A stretch of 63,050 bases of DNA, counting the filler, from Reclinomonas americana ATCC 50394 (lineage: Eukaryota): assembly GCA_048213135.1 (NCBI GenBank). It is 28 parts of 28 records of this genome, joined end to end, with 100 filler letters (N's around TTAATTAATTAA, not from the genome) between each part and the next. Parts side by side here need not be neighbours in the genome. Positions count along the whole stretch, not along the records: positions 1 to 2,405 come from AFZH01024904.1; positions 2,506 to 4,906 come from AFZH01024905.1; positions 5,007 to 7,402 come from AFZH01024906.1; positions 7,503 to 9,153 come from AFZH01024910.1; positions 9,254 to 11,630 come from AFZH01024911.1; positions 11,731 to 14,107 come from AFZH01024912.1; 22 more parts are not named here. One strand, written 5' to 3'. A program made the position numbers and the translations under genes. This document shows, piece after piece, positions 1-13,113 of this stretch. How positions within the stretch are numbered: position 1 is the stretch's first letter; the number at the start of each line of letters is the position of its first letter. Under the pieces are notes generated by a model, which was not told the DNA's origin, did not search any database, and saw nothing but the letters and a program-made list of their open reading frames with translations.

Positions 1-62
1 CACACAGCAATGAGATGGTTTCGGTTGTCGGAGTAGGGTGCGACACAAAGAGTACGCACGGC

Positions 63-1855
63 TCAGCGGATCGAACGACGCCTGCTCATCGTCTTCGCCC
101 GCAGTGGCCTACAACAGAGGCCGCAGGTGAGTAATCTTCCGCACACTTGCAACAGTGCGAGTGGCGGCACGCACAAGATCAGAGTCGAGGTTCCGAGCAC
201 CACGAATCGGTGCCCATGAGACAGGCGCACAATCGACACTGTAGATTCGCTGGCTGCCGTCTCCACTGCACAGCTCTTGCATGTCGCCCGACTACCCAAC
301 AGAATCAGCAGCAGCAGTAGCACAAGGGAAAAAGGGAACGTGAGAACAAGCGCGCGAAATTCCGACAAGCAGAAAGTACTCGTATGAACCTGCACGTTGG
401 TGAGCACCACTGTGCCACTGTACGACCCCGAGACAACCAACTGCGTGGCTGGTACTGGTGAGGCAGATGCCGCACTACCGGCGTCCTCAAACAACACACA
501 GCGCAGAGCTGCTACTGCGTTATCCGGGTGCACCACAAACTCGGTGGCCGGAGCCAGTGGATCCTGTGGGACTCCAGCATTCAGCGGATACGTAACTACG
601 ACAGTGAAGGATTCTGTCCGCGGTAGAATACACGTACGTACCGCCGCATTCATGCAAAACACTGATCCACGGTACGAGCCGCAGCAAAAAGACCACTCGC
701 GAATGTCGTTTCGACGTGAGTATGGAGGTGGCATCCAGGCGACCGACGTCAGCGTCTCGTGGTCTGCACTCGGTGCGGTGTTGCTCATCGAGTGCGGCTC
801 GAACACCTGTGCCAGTCGTGTCAGCAGCCTGAATTGCGGAGTGCAGCACAATAATCACGGCGCATGCACACCAGTTCCGTTTCCATTCGCCGCAAGTTCC
901 ACTTCCGCACCGACCCGTCGTGTGACGCAGTCAGGAGATGATATTGCAGCGACGCGGCGGCCATGGTCTGCGCATCCGGAAGCAGTGTGTACGCTGAACA
1001 CACGGACGACACGGCACCCGTGTGACCCGCCAGCGTGGCGACCACGCGCGGTTTCTGAGCGGCACGTGTGAGATCTCTGGACGCACGTTCATATGCATTC
1101 CAGCAGCGACAGCACACACACACACCCTCGCATCCCACACTCGAACAGTGCGATCCCAGCTGCCAGAGATGATCACATTCAACCCGGCATCGCAAAACAC
1201 CGCGTCGTTGACACAATCAGTGTGATCGGTCCACACGCGAACGCAGCGACCAGCCTGTCGCAAAACAGGCGAACCAGTCAGCATATGCACATATACATAC
1301 ACATACACGCGAAGCATCGCTGACCTCGAAATCCCACAAGCGCAGTGTGCGATCATACGAGGCCGTGACCAGACGATTGGACGACCCGACCCGCGAGATA
1401 TCAATCGGCGCCGCCACCAGCGGCGATTGCCCAATCAGCACCTTGGACACATAGCCCGCGTGCCCGTGGAGTCGCTGAAGGCTCACAGGAGGAACCGCTG
1501 CGTGACCATCATTGGCACACCGCGTCACACGCACACACCCATCGCCGTGACCGCTGACCATCAGCGACGAGCCGCTGCGATTATGAATGACGGAAAATCA
1601 TCCATGATCAATCACCAATGCCGCAACGAATGAGTGTGTGTGCATGTGTGCATCAGAAGTGAGCACTCACTTTCCCGCAGCGTGTGGTAGCAGCACGAGT
1701 GAGTTGACGCAGAATGCGTCTGAGGTTCCCGCCGAGCTTGCGTTTGCGGATCCCGTGGACGACGGGAGAGTGTGCTCAGCATGCCGCGCTTGTGCACTGC
1801 TGTTCTCTGACGGTAATGGCGCTCGCCAGTGCCACAAATCGACGACCGTGGCCAT
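63..1855 (-). CDS. WD40-repeat protein, multi-exon
   Basis: Spliced exons give GHAGYVSKV..LVTASYDRTLRLWD, DHTDCVNDAVF..IISGSWDRTVRVWD, GHTGAVSSV..LTASHDGSVRKWN and CCGSYRGSV. The 3' end is approximate. Confidence 0.8.
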
Positions 1856-1940
1856 GCGTGGAGACACAACAATCTCTGCGAATAGAAGGTAACCGACACT
1901 TTGGTTGATTGCGATATCGCACTTGTGTCAGTTTGTTCTC

Positions 1941-2133
1941 ATGGAGTCGAGCTCGCACGTCAAAGTCTGTGTGCGTGTGCGGCCTCTGAACGACGCCGAG
2001 TCGCTGCGGGGTGGTGGCGGTGCGTTGAGCGTGGTCAACACCGCAGATCGTCGACCAACACTCGCAGTTGCGTCAATGAAGTGAGAGAGAGAGAGAGAGA
2101 GAGAGAGAGGCACTGTGCCGCACACAACGCAGG

Positions 2134-2175
<42 letters not shown>

Positions 2176-2405
2176 CTCTCTCTCTCTCTCTCTTTGTTTC
2201 TCGCACATCTCTCAATCGAACATCATTCATCACGCACACAGCTCAACCTGCCGTCTGCGATCTCTGCTGGGAGCGGTGGTTCGGCGAATGGCTCCAGTGC
2301 GCCGCAGTCGGCGGGTCCACAGCAGCGACTGTTCGCTTTCGATGCCATCTTCACCGAGTCGTGCTCGCAAGCCGACATGTTTGAGCAGTGTGGTGTGCGA
2401 GAGTT
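1941..2405 (+). CDS. Kinesin motor domain N-terminus (possibly KIF12-like), partial, 2 exons
   Basis: Exon 1 reads MESSSHVKVCVRVRPLNDAE. After a GA/CA/CT-repeat intron, exon 2 reads RLFAFDAIFTESCSQADMFEQCGVRE. Confidence 0.85.
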
Positions 2406-2505
2406 NNNNNNNNNNNNNNNNNNNNNNNNNNNNNNNNNNNNNNNNNNNNTTAATTAATTAANNNNNNNNNNNNNNNNNNNNNNNNNNNNNNNNNNNNNNN
2501 NNNNN
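2406..2505. other. Artificial contig linker N44-TTAATTAATTAA-N44 (first of 27 in the window)
   Basis: The same 100-nt spacer, with stops in all six frames, recurs about every 2.4 kb. Flanking segments are unrelated and mostly decrease in length. Confidence 0.98.
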
Positions 2506-3320
2506 TGCACACAGTGCACGCAACGATGCTTGTTGACAGGCAAGTAGAGCGCCAGAGTGTCGCGCGGAATGCTCAACTCAAACACCGCCACTTGCTCACG
2601 CGAGGCCGCCAACTCGGCCGTCACACTCGGAGCATTCGCGAAAAAGTCGACAAAGTGCCTGTGCGCTTCTCTGTCAGCACGTCACACACACACACGATGC
2701 TGCTCTTTATGTACACGCAACTCGTTGCTGCGTTTCTCCGTCTCTTCTCCTCCTCCTCCTCCATCGTCATCATTTGCTTGTGTTTTCCTCGCATTCTCCC
2801 GCACTCGGAACACCGCCAGTCGCACTCCTCCCGAGCCACGCACCACCAGTGCCTCCACACTCACCACACCATTCGCCTCATCTGCGCCACAGTACAGCCA
2901 CTGTGCACTGCGGAGCGCGCGCACATGTGTGTCAGAGGAGAGTGAGAGTGAGGGAGGCAGAGAGAGAGAGAGAATGCAACTCGTCTTCGTCCTCGCGACC
3001 TGCAAACAGCACTGTGCTTGCTGCTGCTGCAGTGTCGTCGTTGTGTGTTGCAAGAGGCCATGCGCGCACACACAGGCCGACTGTGGTCGGTCGAGGTGGC
3101 ATGCACAGACAGAAGCGATTGGAGGGCGACAGAAGCAGAGTCTCGCCATTGGACGAGGAGGAGGAGTGGCGTAGAGCGCTCTCTGCCACGCGCACTGGCA
3201 GCATCCTCTCTTGCTCTCTCTCCCTTCGCCCTCACTCTGTGATTGTTGGTTGATTGATTGATGGAAACATTTTGTGTACATTTTTCTGCGTCTTGGTTGT
3301 GTTCTTTTCTCTTTCTTCCC

Positions 3321-4906
3321 TCAGTAGTCCTGTGTGCGTGAGAGGAGAGAGTGAGCGAGTGCATGGCGAGCGTGAGCAGCAACAACAGCGATGCGACGAA
3401 ACTGGTGCCAACAGCAGAGCTGTGCCGCACAAGACCCACTTGATCGGCTTGTCGGTTGTTCTCAAACCGGCAGTGAAGACGTACGTTGCGCCACGCCTGC
3501 ATAGAAGCACGTGTGTGTGTAAGAAAACACGAAAAAGGAGGAGAAGAGCGGGATTGAGTATCACGCAACATGGTGGTCACGTAGACTGGGCACTCGAAGA
3601 CGCCCTTTTGCTCCTTCTTGTCGACAGTGACGGCCTTGACCCACATCACCGGCAACGTCGGGAACAGATCCTTCAGCGTGGCGTCCTTCAAGCTGTTCGA
3701 TTGCTGCTCGCACGCACAAGAAGGTGTGAGTGCGGTGCAGTGACGACGCCAGACAAACAAGCAAACAAACAAACCTTGTCCCAGCGAGCACCCTGCAGGA
3801 ACAGACCATGCACGTAGGCACCGTCACGCGGTCCGACGCCAATCTCCTCTGCCTCCTTCTTCAACACTTCGGTTTGCAAGCACATGCGATCCAACGGCCA
3901 CTCCTGCCGTCTGGCAGTGGTCTGCATGACGGCCGTCAAGAATCTGCGAGAAGAAAATGAGACACCGGATCACTGCCTCGCGACGGCAGGCGAAAAAAGA
4001 GAGTGGACGCACGACATGGGGTTGAAGAGGCCAGCGAGCCACACACTCTTGGGCATGTTGAGATCGGCGGCCCAGTCCTGGAGGAAGCGAATGCGCTCCA
4101 GCAAATCGGCGAACCACAGGCCGAGCGGCTTGAGACTGGGATACGCGAATTTGGCCCAGGTGCCGGGCACTCTGTCCAGGAACAGCGCGTTGATGACCTC
4201 GTCCATGGCCTCGGAAATGGTGAGCTGACCGAGCAGACCCATCATCAGCTCCTTCAGCGACACCTTGATCGTGCTGAGCAGCAAGTTCATGCGTTCGCAT
4301 TCCTGTCGCGCGCGCGCGAAGTGTGAGACGCAACGCTGGCAACAACAATAACACCGCATGTGATGATGCAAACACACCTGCAACAACACCAGCACGTACG
4401 GCGTGCGCTGCTCGACGCGATTGCCAATTTCCATCATGTCCAGTGGATTGTCGGGCAGGCGAGCTGTAATGTCCTCCACAATGGCCTTGACCTTGGACTC
4501 CTTTGTCTCTCCACCACCACCCGTCGAGCCACCACTCAACTCCATAATCGTACTGCGCAGCGAGAGAATGCAGTGAGCAGCTAAAACTCTCAGTGCGTCC
4601 CCTCACTCGCCAACACGCCTCACCTATACACAAACTCAGACTCGGCAGTCAGGAAGACAATTTCGGCATTGGACGGCAAGCCGAACAACAGCGGCGACTC
4701 CGACGGGAGCTCCTGCTGAATGTACTGCGTGTAGTCCTCGTAGCTCACTGCGCGCAAGAGGGACGACCAGGGAGGGTGAGCACATCCACGTCACACACAC
4801 TCCACAATTCATCACAACGAAACTCGGCGGCGGGCAAATGAAACCGTGTGCCAGCTCAAAGTTGCCGTCGACCAGCTGGTCGGTCATCAGGCCCTCCAGG
4901 TACGAT
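3321..4906 (-). CDS. Axonemal dynein heavy chain, C-terminal part, multi-exon
   Basis: QECERMNLLL, VPGTWAKFAYPSLKPLGLWFADL, SVWLAGLFNP, GAYVHGLFLQGARWD and spliced CPVYVTTMRGATYVFTAGL..KWVLCGTALLLAPDY*. GT-AG introns checked. Confidence 0.95.
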
Positions 4907-5006
4907 NNNNNNNNNNNNNNNNNNNNNNNNNNNNNNNNNNNNNNNNNNNNTTAATTAATTAANNNNNNNNNNNNNNNNNNNNNNNNNNNNNNNNNNNNNN
5001 NNNNNN

Positions 5007-6299
5007 CTTGCGAGACGTCATCGTGCATGCCTCTGAAGACAATGTCATCTGTTGCGGCGTATTGCTGTCTGCTTGTATCAAGCAACCCCTCCACTGACGC
5101 ACTCGGCAGACATGGAGATTTTTGTGCGCCCCTACGCCCATGTTCGACAGGGCATGACAGTGGACGACGTGGTCGAAACCCTCCTCGACGAACGCAAGAC
5201 GCTAGAGGAGGAGTTGCCGCATGTAACCACCCGCATTGTGGTGCGCATTTGTTGTTGATCGCCCCTTCCTCCCCCTCCCTCCATTCCCACTGCCTTGGCG
5301 ACGCGCAGTTGTACGTCAACACCACCGACGAGGACGCGCTGCAAGTCCATCGCGTGGCGCAGCTGGCGGTCGGGCACCAGAAGGATGGCGTTGCTGGTTT
5401 CGGCCTGATGAAGGCTGAGCTGCCGTTGCATGGCACTCGGTTCCTCGACTCCACCTTCCGCTTCCTCAAGGTGTGACGCGCGCAGTGTGCTGCCGGCAAA
5501 TAATTCTCGACTCACGATTTCCTCACAGGACCACAATGCCAACATTGTTATGTTTGCGGGCAAGGACGACCCGCACACCATTAGCGAAGCACTGGGCTGC
5601 GGCGCCACGCGCATCTCGGGTGCATATCTTGCGCATCAAGTGCCGGCTGTCATGAACTTCCTCGGTGTGTGCCGGCTGCTGTCTCTCGCTACTCTCCTCT
5701 CTTCACCCCTCTCCTCACGTTACGTTGGAAAAAACGTGCAGCGGACACGGGCAAGATTGTGGAGCTGGGCCGTTCGGTGGCGGCGCGCAAGTTCACGCGC
5801 GAAGTGATTGAGTTCGACAAGTGCCCCATCCGCATGTACATTGGTGCGGCGGCTGCACTCTTTATTCTCTGTGCCCATGGCCTGCCTGCTCGTCTCACTT
5901 GCTCGTGTGTTGGCAGACAATGACATTCGAGTGGCCATTTGCACCTTCCACCGCAGTCTCGGCTGGTCGCTGAACAAGACGCTGTTCCTGTTGACGCAGG
6001 ACTCCAACATGACGATTCAGGATCTGCTGAAGATTGTCGGCAACGGGTGAGTGATGCTGACTGCGACGCACTGCTTGTCCCACGTGTGATTCTGATGCAC
6101 GAGCAGATTCCGCGGAGCATTCATCGGCTACGACGATCGCTTGGCGTTGTGGCGTCGCTTCTGGGACGAGAGCACCACCAAACTCAGCGCACTGGGCTTC
6201 CGCAATTTCCAAAAGAAGTGGTACGTCGTTCCGCCGGGAAGCAAGGGTGTCGCTACCGCCACCCTCCCGCCGACTACCGGCGGAAGCTCCTCGTCGTGA
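5007..6299 (+). CDS. Adenosine-deaminase-fold domain lacking catalytic residues, C-terminal part, multi-exon
   Basis: Spliced DGVAGFGL..VMFAGKDDPHTISEALGCGATRISGAY..CPIRMYI|DNDIRVAICT..GFRGAFI follows the ADA TIM-barrel layout. HAGE, HG and TDD motifs are replaced. Confidence 0.7.
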
Positions 6300-6379
6300 G
6301 CGCGCGCTCCACATTGCCAACCACCACCACCACCAATAAATGAATCTGCCGTGTCAGCCGTCGAGGGGTGTTTCTTCAC

Positions 6380-7200
6380 TCACTCGCTGGCCAGTGACAG
6401 CACTTGCAACTGCGGTGCGTCGGGGTCCATGGAAATGCCACCATAAATGAAATACTCGTATCGCGAGCCCTGCGCCTGGCCTTCGCCTGCTCCTGCCGCC
6501 GGTGCCGGCGCCGCCGCCACTGCCGCCTCGGCATCAATCGTCGCCGGAACCACCGTGCAAGTGTGCGCAAATCGAGAGGGAAGCTCAGGTGAGCACTGCA
6601 CTTCCGCAATCGCGGCAGTAGCTGTACACGCCGAAACATCAGTCGACAGCAACGTAGCGCAAGAATGACTCTCTCACACAGACCGACGTCGAGTTCTCGG
6701 AGAGCACTCGAAATGGCAGCGCCATCAAAACCTCCATAGACGAGCAGACGACCGGAGAAGGAGCCGTCGGAGCGCAGAAGTGGCGAGCATGTATGTGCGC
6801 ACAGCTCCACACCTGCGTCGCCCACTAGCCTCCATCGCTCGGAGCCTGTAACGCGACCGGAAAGTCAACATGGCGATCCACTTCTCCATCCTTATGGTTG
6901 CTCTCACTTGCTCCCACACTCTTCGTTCCTCCTGTCTCTCCTCCTTCTAACCCATCTTCTCCCCGCCTCCTTCTCTCCTCGCTCCTCCCTCCTTCTCCTC
7001 CCAGCTCGCACCAAAATCAAACGCCCACACATCCGAGCAACACTTGCCACTCGCCGCTCGCCCGCCATACACAATCATCTGCGCCCGTCCATCACCATCC
7101 TGCACCACACACGCCGTGTGCATCTCCCGTCCACACGGAGTCGCGCCCTCATGGACAAGTCGCCGCCACTCGCACGTCTCTGTTCGATCATGAACAACCG
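6380..7200 (-). CDS. Kelch-repeat protein, C-terminal part
   Basis: PCGREMHTAC..MIVYGG..SDVWAFD, AHTC..LLVYGGFDG and PSRFAHTC..FIYGG. Confidence 0.85.
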
Positions 7201-7393
<193 letters not shown>

Positions 7394-7502
7394 CGACGAC
7401 GANNNNNNNNNNNNNNNNNNNNNNNNNNNNNNNNNNNNNNNNNNNNTTAATTAATTAANNNNNNNNNNNNNNNNNNNNNNNNNNNNNNNNNNNNNNNNNN
7501 NN

Positions 7503-9153
7503 GAGCGATTCCACCACCACCCCGTGACCCCAAAGCACCGTTGACGGCGTTGGGCACAACGAGAGGGCACAGAGGCATAACCAACTTGTCCTTCAGCTCG
7601 TCGTTCACATGTCGTTGCTGAGACTGGTAGATGTCAGGCAGGGGGATTCGCAGTTGGTTTGACCTGGCGAGTTGCAGCGTTGCATGCGTCGGCGGAGCGG
7701 CGGCCCCTTTCGGAAACATCTCTTGTTGACTGACACACACGTACGCAATCAGCCAACGAGCAAGACAATACGAGGTGCTCACAAACACACTACAACAGAA
7801 CTGTGCAAAAAACTTCGGGTCTCGCTTGGCGATGGACGAGGCAACCCGACTCGCAATGTCGCACACAGTCTGCGCGCACGAACATTAAGAATACAGCAGT
7901 GGGTCGTGCATTCGACTGGCTGCTCACCACAGTCGGGCGACACTCTGGCTTCAGCGAGAAGATGAAGTCACCGTAGTCTCGCTCTCCTTCCGCTCTGGTG
8001 TGCACTTGGAATCCGAGCGGGCAGCGATGAGTGCACTGCATGGTGAGCATGTATGCTGCGTAGCACAGAGAGCAGAGTCAGTCACGAGGTCAACAACACA
8101 AGCACACTTCATACAAGTGCATACTTGTTGTGTTTGCCGTGGCGTCCTTGAACACCTTGCTGCAAAGCTCTGCTCCTCCCGCGGCCATGTGTCGCTCAGT
8201 AAAGTGAGCTGTCACTCGCTCTTGAAGTTTGGCCTTCTTATCGTTGTTGTTTATCTCAATGCGTTCGGAGGCGCAGTACGCCTTCAGCTGGTCAATCTGC
8301 AGCAAGCTCATGTCTCAGTTCTTGTGTCGTGGCCAAGTACATCATGAGTGGTGCTTCACTTACTGTTGCCGTCAAGAGTCGCGCGTACAGCTCGAATGGA
8401 TTCGGGTCACCTCGCATGAGTTGCTCGAAATGTGGACGAAGCTTTTCCGTCATCCGAGGTGCAAGCGATCCCTCGTCGGAGGTCACCTTCTTCATCTCGG
8501 TGCTGGTCGTCTCTGCGCCGTTGCCTTTTGTCCATGCAAAGTTCGTGTACAGCGGAAACTCGCCAGGACAGAAATCGTACTTGTTGATGAGTTCTGTCGC
8601 CCCACACTCCCCTATGAGTAGTCATGCTCCAGATCACTGACGCGCTCGGACGCTACACATCATCACGCAACTCTTAATGATCTTGTCGTCGACAAAGCCG
8701 TGAAGCCCAACCAGCGATTCGATGTTCTCCCATCGACGCTTTGCGTTTACGGGCTGCTCCGACCACTTGCCAAGGTATGCGCTGTGATTCTTGTCCTTTG
8801 CTTCGAACCTCGCGGCCTCGGCTGCGAGTGGTCATAGAGGGGGTGAGCTCACTGAGTCACCGAGTTGCAGGCGGTACTGTAGTAGTAGTGCACCTGGAAT
8901 CGGTGTAACGAGCCCCATGATTCCTGGAACGCCAGTGGTGTGAGTGTTTCGACCTGACTGAGCGGACTCATTCATCTGACTCACACACCATCCATGACGC
9001 AAGTCACGAGGCCACCCTCTCCGCAGAGTGGGCACAGTGGGGTGTAGTCAAACGGTGTCAGCCTGATAAAGCTCTCACAGCATTGTCGGATCCTTTGCGC
9101 ATCGCACCCTGGAGGCGGTTGTCGGTGGCGGTGTGGAAAGATGGTACCCAAAA
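7503..9153 (-). mobile_element. KDZ (Kyakuja-Dileera-Zisupton) / HMGXB3-C-like transposase-family gene, partial, about 7 introns
   Basis: Spliced product: FIRLTPFDYTPLCPLCGEGGLVTCVMDG, then SAP-like TIDQLKAYCASERIEINNNDKKAKLQERV, then KVFKD..MQCTHRCPLGFQVHTRAEGERDYGDFIFSLKPECRPTV|TVCDIASRVAS. Confidence 0.7.
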
Positions 9154-9253
9154 NNNNNNNNNNNNNNNNNNNNNNNNNNNNNNNNNNNNNNNNNNNNTTA
9201 ATTAATTAANNNNNNNNNNNNNNNNNNNNNNNNNNNNNNNNNNNNNNNNNNNN

Positions 9254-11630
9254 GTGTGAAAGACATGACGCGCCTCCGTAGCAGTCGGGAAGGGGTTCGA
9301 CTCGGGTTTTCTGATTCGCGACACGCATCGATACGTGGTAGTCGTTGAGAGCACGAGCGCGATAGCCCTGCGCAAGAGACACACCACACCGCCACTGAGT
9401 TGGATGCGATTAACCCAGACCAGTTCGTCGTATGCACAAGCAAACCTGCTGCCAGTGAATGTGTGCGCGCCCCATGAGAGCATTCGATGGATTGGAGGCG
9501 TAGGCCGCAGCCGACGTGAGATCCAGCTTTGCCAGTTCCACGTTGCCCATGCGCTGATTCACCAACGCCCGGTGCTCAAACGCTCCAGAGTGCCGACCAT
9601 TCAAACCAATGGCGCGGTTGAAGTCGCCGAGTGCGGCGTGATCGCGACCGAGTTTCCAAAACGCCTGGCCACGCGCGTCGTACAGATCGGCATTGCGGCC
9701 GCCTTCCAGCTGCAGGGCAGCGGAATAGTCCTGAATGGCAAGCTCCACTTGCTCTGTGTCTCCAATGGCCATGCGCGCCTGCCCACACACAAATGAGGAC
9801 AAAGGTGCACACACAGCATGCTGACATACACTAACCTGTGCCCGTCCAACATGTGCATCAAAGCGCTGCTCCACAGTGGCCTGCTCGCCGAGTGCCAGAA
9901 CCTGCGTAAAGTCCTCGCAAGCCTGGAAGTGGTGTTCGGTGTTGGCGAACACGTGCGCGCGACCGAGGAGAGTAGGGATGTGGTGCGGCTCGCGACGCAG
10001 CAGACGCGTATAATCGGTGAGGGCGCGCTGCACGGGGGGCACAGCGCACCATAAGCGAGTGTTAGTGTGGGGAAGAGAGAGACAGAGAGAGTGAGCATTG
10101 GTTGTACCTGCACGTGGCCGACTTTTCGTCGCAGTTCGGCCCGGTCGAACACCGCCGTGAACCACTCGTTGGTGAAGGGACCACCGGGTTCGTGAGGTCC
10201 GACAATTGGGTCCGGTGGCGGTCTGCTGCCATCTGAGGCCATTTCTTGGGCCTCGGCGGCGATCCACGGTGCCTCGAACAAGTCAATCGCATGCGAGTAG
10301 TCATCGATCGCCAGCGCCTGCCACACCACAACAACATCGGTGGGAAATCCGCTGCGCACTACACGTCATTGACAATGCAAACCTCCATGCGTCCGAGCAA
10401 GTTGCGCGTAATGGCGCGTCCCAGCCACGCTTCAGGGTTCTTCGGCTCGATCGTAAGAACACGGGTGTACTCTGTGTGCGGTCACAATCAGTTAGAGCAC
10501 ACGTGGTCACCGTCATCGCAAGGGAGCATGACACACCCTTTTCGGCGTCCACACGACGGCCACAGCTTCGTAGCAAGTGAGCTCGGCTTAGCAGTAGTCC
10601 ATTGTCGACCTTGGCAACTGCACTCATGAAAGGGCATGATGAGTAAGTGCGGCGACGGAGAGCCACTATTGTGAACGGTGCGGCAGACGCAACATCCCAC
10701 ACGCTCCGCCAGTTGCACAGCTCGGTCGTACTCCAACAGTGCCTCATCTCTTCGCTGAAGAGTAATCAACACCACGGCACGCAGCGCGTGCGCGTTGGCA
10801 TCGGAGCCACACTCCTCCGACATCTCCATCGCCATGTCAATGTCGACGAGCGCCGCGGGAGCCTGCCCAGAGGCCAGCAGCAAAGCCGCACGAATCATCA
10901 GAACCTCCGACGTCACTGCGCCGAGTCCAATGGCCAACTGCGCGCAAAGAGTGTGAGCGGGTGATACGACGGAGCAGCAGCCAACGGCATGGTGGACGAA
11001 ACATTGGCGTCGGCGTACGCAGCCGCCGAGTCGCCGAGAGCCTGGTGGGCGCGCGCTCGTGCCTCAAGGGCCTACACACAGTGACGAGTGCGAGTGAGCG
11101 AGTGCGAAAGACTTACTGCAAGCACACACGTGCTCAAGTATGCACACACCTCGGGATGATTCGGTTTCAGTTTCAGCAGGTCCGAAGCCAACTCGCGCAC
11201 TTGATACATGTCACCCTGCACGTCGCATTGCCGCATGCTAGCGAGCAACTCGCTCACCTCCGTGTCTGTGAGCAGCGACAGGGGGGTGAGTTACGGAAGG
11301 GGCGCAAACCGAGATTTTCGTCAAACGCACTGAGTTCGTCTTCCTCCGAGTCATAGTCCTCCTCATCCTCTTGTTGCTCCAGCGGGTCGGCGACGCTGAC
11401 GTGCACCATGTCGGCATCCGTAACATTCACTGCAATAGGTGGTGGCGGTGGAGGGAGCGAGCGGCGCGCCGGAGCCAGCGGACTGAGCTCGGCGACGCCA
11501 GCGTCGCTGGTCTCCACCATGCGCACTCGCCGAATACGTCCAGAACGCGGTGAGATCTCCCCATCCCGTGGAGATGGGCGCGGCTGTTGTGTGTCCCCAG
11601 CATCGGCGGTCTGCTGTTGTTGCTGCTGCA
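9254..11630 (-). CDS. TPR-repeat protein, internal part, multi-exon
   Basis: Repeated AIQDYSAALQL, LYDARGQAFWKLG..ALGDFNRAIGLN, ALLEYDRAVQL and ALTDYTRLL. Confidence 0.9.
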
Positions 11631-13113
11631 NNNNNNNNNNNNNNNNNNNNNNNNNNNNNNNNNNNNNNNNNNNNTTAATTAATTAANNNNNNNNNNNNNN
11701 NNNNNNNNNNNNNNNNNNNNNNNNNNNNNNGTTGATCACGGATGGCTTCGAGCCGCGGGAGCTGGTCGCTGGCCACACATAGTCGTTCACCACGCCAGTG
11801 GGCTTGCACACTCTGTCCAAGTGAGCGTGAATTTCGATCTCGTTGATACCAATGTACGCTTGAGGCGGCGGCAGCGACAAGACACCACCGCGATCGGTGG
11901 AAAACGCGCCGTAAGGAGGTGGGTTTGAAGTGGCAGTGGCCAGCGGTGTCCGAGAACTTGCTGCTGTCGGCTCCTCGCCTGCGATTCATCAATGAAGAAA
12001 GAATGAGCAGTGCATGGTCGTCTTCTCACGGCCCGCCAGGAAACAGGGAGGATGGAGAAAGAGCACACTGCGGTGTGATTCAACGCGGGATAATACGAAG
12101 AACCACACAGAGTGCGCACGGCAGAGTGTGTCCGCCGACTCAAAAAAACGGCGGAAAGTGACTCATGGAAAGACTGTGAATGCGAGGACGAAGCACACGA
12201 GCGAAGACATGCCGTGTCTCACAGAGATGATGGCGCGCGTGTACGTGTGCGATCGTGACCGCAGAACATGGACCGCGAAATGGCCACTTAAGACGAGCGC
12301 CCCCGTCACATACAAAAGGAGGAGCGCAGAGAGACAAGACATAGTACAGCATGTGCCTGTGGCGGTGCGATCCACCGCTGCGCACACACACGCACTGCGG
12401 TACCAGAATAAACCATCAGATTCGCGGCATCAGAGTACGTAGATTCAGCACACCAGCGTGTTGCGGAGAGAGAGAGGGAGAGGGAGAGGGAGGGAGAGAG
12501 ACAGACACAGATACAGATGTCGGGCGTGCGCTGCGGCCTGAGCGCTCACAGCGGACGCAGCGAAAAAATCAGACAGTGCCGCGCGCAGCGGTGACGAAAC
12601 CTTCGTATTCATGAGCCGTCATGTCGTGCTCGTCGTTTGCCGCCACGCCACGAGAGGCGACAAGCGCAAAGATGAGCAGGAGAAGGAGAGCGGTGGTGGT
12701 GGCGCGCATGATGAGAGAGTGGACAGTGTGAATGCATGCATGTGCGAGCGGCTGCTCGCGCGAACGAAGATGCTCGGTGCCTCGCGCATGATGTCAGTTG
12801 ACTGACTTGCAGCGCACACTGCGGCGTGAGGTCGCGGCGCGCGGTGTGTCAACGCCACCAAACTTGATCTCCGTGGGGCACAATTTCGCAAAGGTCATCG
12901 CGATCGCTGCGGTTCAAAAACAGCACTCTGTGGCGCGTTCTGTTGGCCGCAGACTACGCATGCCCACCGCAGCGCATGCGGCACTCGTTTGCTTCTACAG
13001 GATGGACTGCGGATCGACGGGTTCGCACCGAAAAAGTCTTGCCACCATTTTTGGAACATCGGAGAAACTTCATTCATTCATCACCTTTGCCCGTGTGAGC
13101 CAAGGCAACATCG

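Noticed and set aside
9285..9310. GGTTCGA T-loop-like motifs here and near 37680
   Set aside because: No cloverleaf can be folded, and both lie within protein-coding regions.
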